Below are positions 62,409-64,000 of a stretch of DNA of 64,000 nt, piece by piece. A model generated the notes under the pieces. That model was not told the DNA's origin and ran no database searches. It saw only the letters and a program-made list of their open reading frames with translations. Origin of the DNA: an uncultured Candidatus Rokubacteria bacterium (GTDB lineage Bacteria > Methylomirabilota > Methylomirabilia > Rokubacteriales > DASRDR01); contig CAWGVS010000012.1 in NCBI GenBank assembly GCA_963826115.1, positions 160,001 to 224,000 of the forward strand, written 5' to 3'. Every line of letters starts with the position of its first letter. Position 1 is the stretch's first letter. A program made the position numbers and the translations under genes.

Positions 62409-62843
62409 ATGAACCTCATGAAAGTCAGGTTCAAGTGGCGCACGCAGACGTTGGATTTCGACCCGACTGACCCCTGCGGCAATGACGAGACGGACACGCC
62501 GGCCACAGAGGCCCCGGTCGGAAACGCACCGGTTCTGAACACCATCCTGCTGTACGAGGGCAACGGATGTTGGTACGTCAACGAGGGTCAGAACTGGTGG
62601 ACGTGGTGCGCGGCCAATACGGTTCTCAGAGTCAGGTTGAGGAAGAATGGCTCCGTCCAGGCGGTGGCGCGGAGGATCAGCGCCAGCGGCTCGGGTACCT
62701 GGGACGACCTCGATACCGTTGACCCGCCGGGAAACGTCGCTCTCAGAGATGCGTGCACGATCCGTGATGGCACTCCCGTTGGTGCGCCGCCAGCACCGTG
62801 TCGTTGGGTCATCCAGGGCGGGAAAGCCTATAGGATCTGCTAG
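62409..62843 (+). CDS. Hypothetical 144-aa Cys/Trp-rich protein with two C-x12-C motifs
   Basis: Strong GGAGGAGG RBS, ATG start, lower GC, stem-loop just after the stop. Confidence 0.7.
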   Translation: MNLMKVRFKWRTQTLDFDPTDPCGNDETDTPATEAPVGNAPVLNTILLYEGNGCWYVNEGQNWWTWCAANTVLRVRLRKNGSVQAVARRISASGSGTWDDLDTVDPPGNVALRDACTIRDGTPVGAPPAPCRWVIQGGKAYRIC

Positions 62844-62850
62844 ACCCGCG

Positions 62851-62887
62851 CCCGCGGGGCCGCGCGGCGAGCCCGCGGCCCCGCGGG
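62851..62887 (+). terminator. 14-bp GC stem-loop downstream of the 144-aa ORF
   Basis: cccgcggggccgcg - 9 nt - cgcggccccgcggg; no U-tract, so it may stabilise the mRNA rather than terminate. Confidence 0.5.
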
Positions 62888-63105
62888 ATGTCCTTCCCGA
62901 CCGCGAGACACGCGCGCGCGGCCGACGTTGCGCGCGAGACGAGGCGACCCCCCGCCGCGGCACCACCGGCGGCGAGCATGGAAGACGCGCCGAATGGCCT
63001 GGCGGCCGTCCCACAGAGCGAGGCGACATGAACCTCATGATGGATCACGCGACGCGGGCGCCCATCTACGTCCAAGAACCCCGGTGACGGGGCGAAGGAA
63101 GGACG

Positions 63106-64000
63106 ATGCCCCCGAACAGGAGTGCCGCGGCCACTCGCCCGGCCCAGCCGGCTCTGCCGGAGGCTCGCATCGCCATCCGGCTCAAGCCCAGCGCGGGAAC
63201 CGGATCCTCCCCCAGCCCGGACGACGGGATCCGGCAGGCGTTCGCGAGCACCCTCACGCCGCCTGGGCTCCGTCTGAGCATCGAGCCCTTGTTCAAGTCG
63301 GTCGGGCCGCGCGAGATCGCGGCCATGATTCAGCGCGCCAAGGCCTTCGACCCAACCTACACGCCTCCGGCCCTCGACACATGGCGCCAAGTCATCTTGC
63401 GCGCCGGCCCAAGGGCGCCTCTCGAGGCATCGATCGTCGACCAGCTCGTCGACGGCCTGCAGAGGCTCGCCACTGTGGACAGCGTTTACGCCATGCGCGT
63501 CGGGCCGCCGCCGGAGGTCCGCCCCGGCGACGACCCACGCACCCCCCGCCAAGGCTACCTGGACCCCGCCCCATGCGGGATCGATGCGCGCCACGCCTGG
63601 ACCTTCGAGGGCGGGACCGGGGCCGGCGTCGGGTTCGTCGACCTGGAGCAGGGATGGCACCTCGACCACGAGGACCTGGTGGACGCCCGCATTGCGCTCA
63701 TCTCGGGCGTCAACAAGAAGTACCGCCCGCACGGCACAGCCGTGCTCGGCATCGTGTTGATGGTCGACAACGCCATCGGAGGCGTGGGCATCGCCCCGAG
63801 CTGCACGGGACGCGTGATCTCCCAGCATCGAGACGACGGCGGCGAGAACATCGCCGACGCCATCACCGACGCGGCGGCGCACATGCAGCGGGGCGACGTG
63901 CTGCTCCTCGAGGCGCAGGAGTATCATCCGGTGATCAAGTCATACGGGTGGCCTGTCGAGATCGTCACACTCCACTTCGATCTCATTGAGTTCGTCACGA
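63106..64000 (+). CDS. S8 serine peptidase, copy 2 (runs off the window end)
   Basis: Not in the ORF track. From ATG 63106: MPPNRS...ARIAIRLKP...QGYLDPAPCGIDA...FVDLEQG...HGTAVLG...GDVLLLEAQ, collinear with copy 1. Confidence 0.87.
   Translation, partial: MPPNRSAAATRPAQPALPEARIAIRLKPSAGTGSSPSPDDGIRQAFASTLTPPGLRLSIEPLFKSVGPREIAAMIQRAKAFDPTYTPPALDTWRQVILRAGPRAPLEASIVDQLVDGLQRLATVDSVYAMRVGPPPEVRPGDDPRTPRQGYLDPAPCGIDARHAWTFEGGTGAGVGFVDLEQGWHLDHEDLVDARIALISGVNKKYRPHGTAVLGIVLMVDNAIGGVGIAPSCTGRVISQHRDDGGENIADAITDAAAHMQRGDVLLLEAQEYHPVIKSYGWPVEIVTLHFDLIEFVT

Overview
Very GC-rich bacterial DNA from a diderm organism (outer-membrane beta-barrels are encoded); a Rokubacteria/Methylomirabilota-like origin is plausible but is only my impression. 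1-31.8 kb is mostly core, minus-strand DNA: a tightly packed gltX-phosphatase-Na/Pi-glgA-glnB-glnE-polA run, a polar amino-acid ABC transporter, peroxiredoxin/VIT1, a surface-glycan cluster and a hydantoinase/oxoprolinase AB plus aminotransferase module. 31.9-40.1 kb is a plus-strand operon (hydrolase-like lipoprotein, TPR plus YaiO-like barrel, HEAT-repeat membrane protein, processive GT2, hybrid kinase, response regulator) that looks like a synthase-dependent exopolysaccharide system and carries six single-base insertions. tRNA-Phe(GAA) at 40177-40252 is followed by a decayed island: a degenerate copy of the tRNA 3' half, an IS91-like remnant, three beta-barrel genes (one with about 21 Pro/Gly repeats) and several gene fragments. 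After fba-pfp and accessory genes, the window ends with two paralogous S8 proteases flanking a 144-aa protein built from two modules that each end in a C-x12-C motif, a candidate protease-matured peptide system. All calls come from motif recognition by eye; no searches were run.
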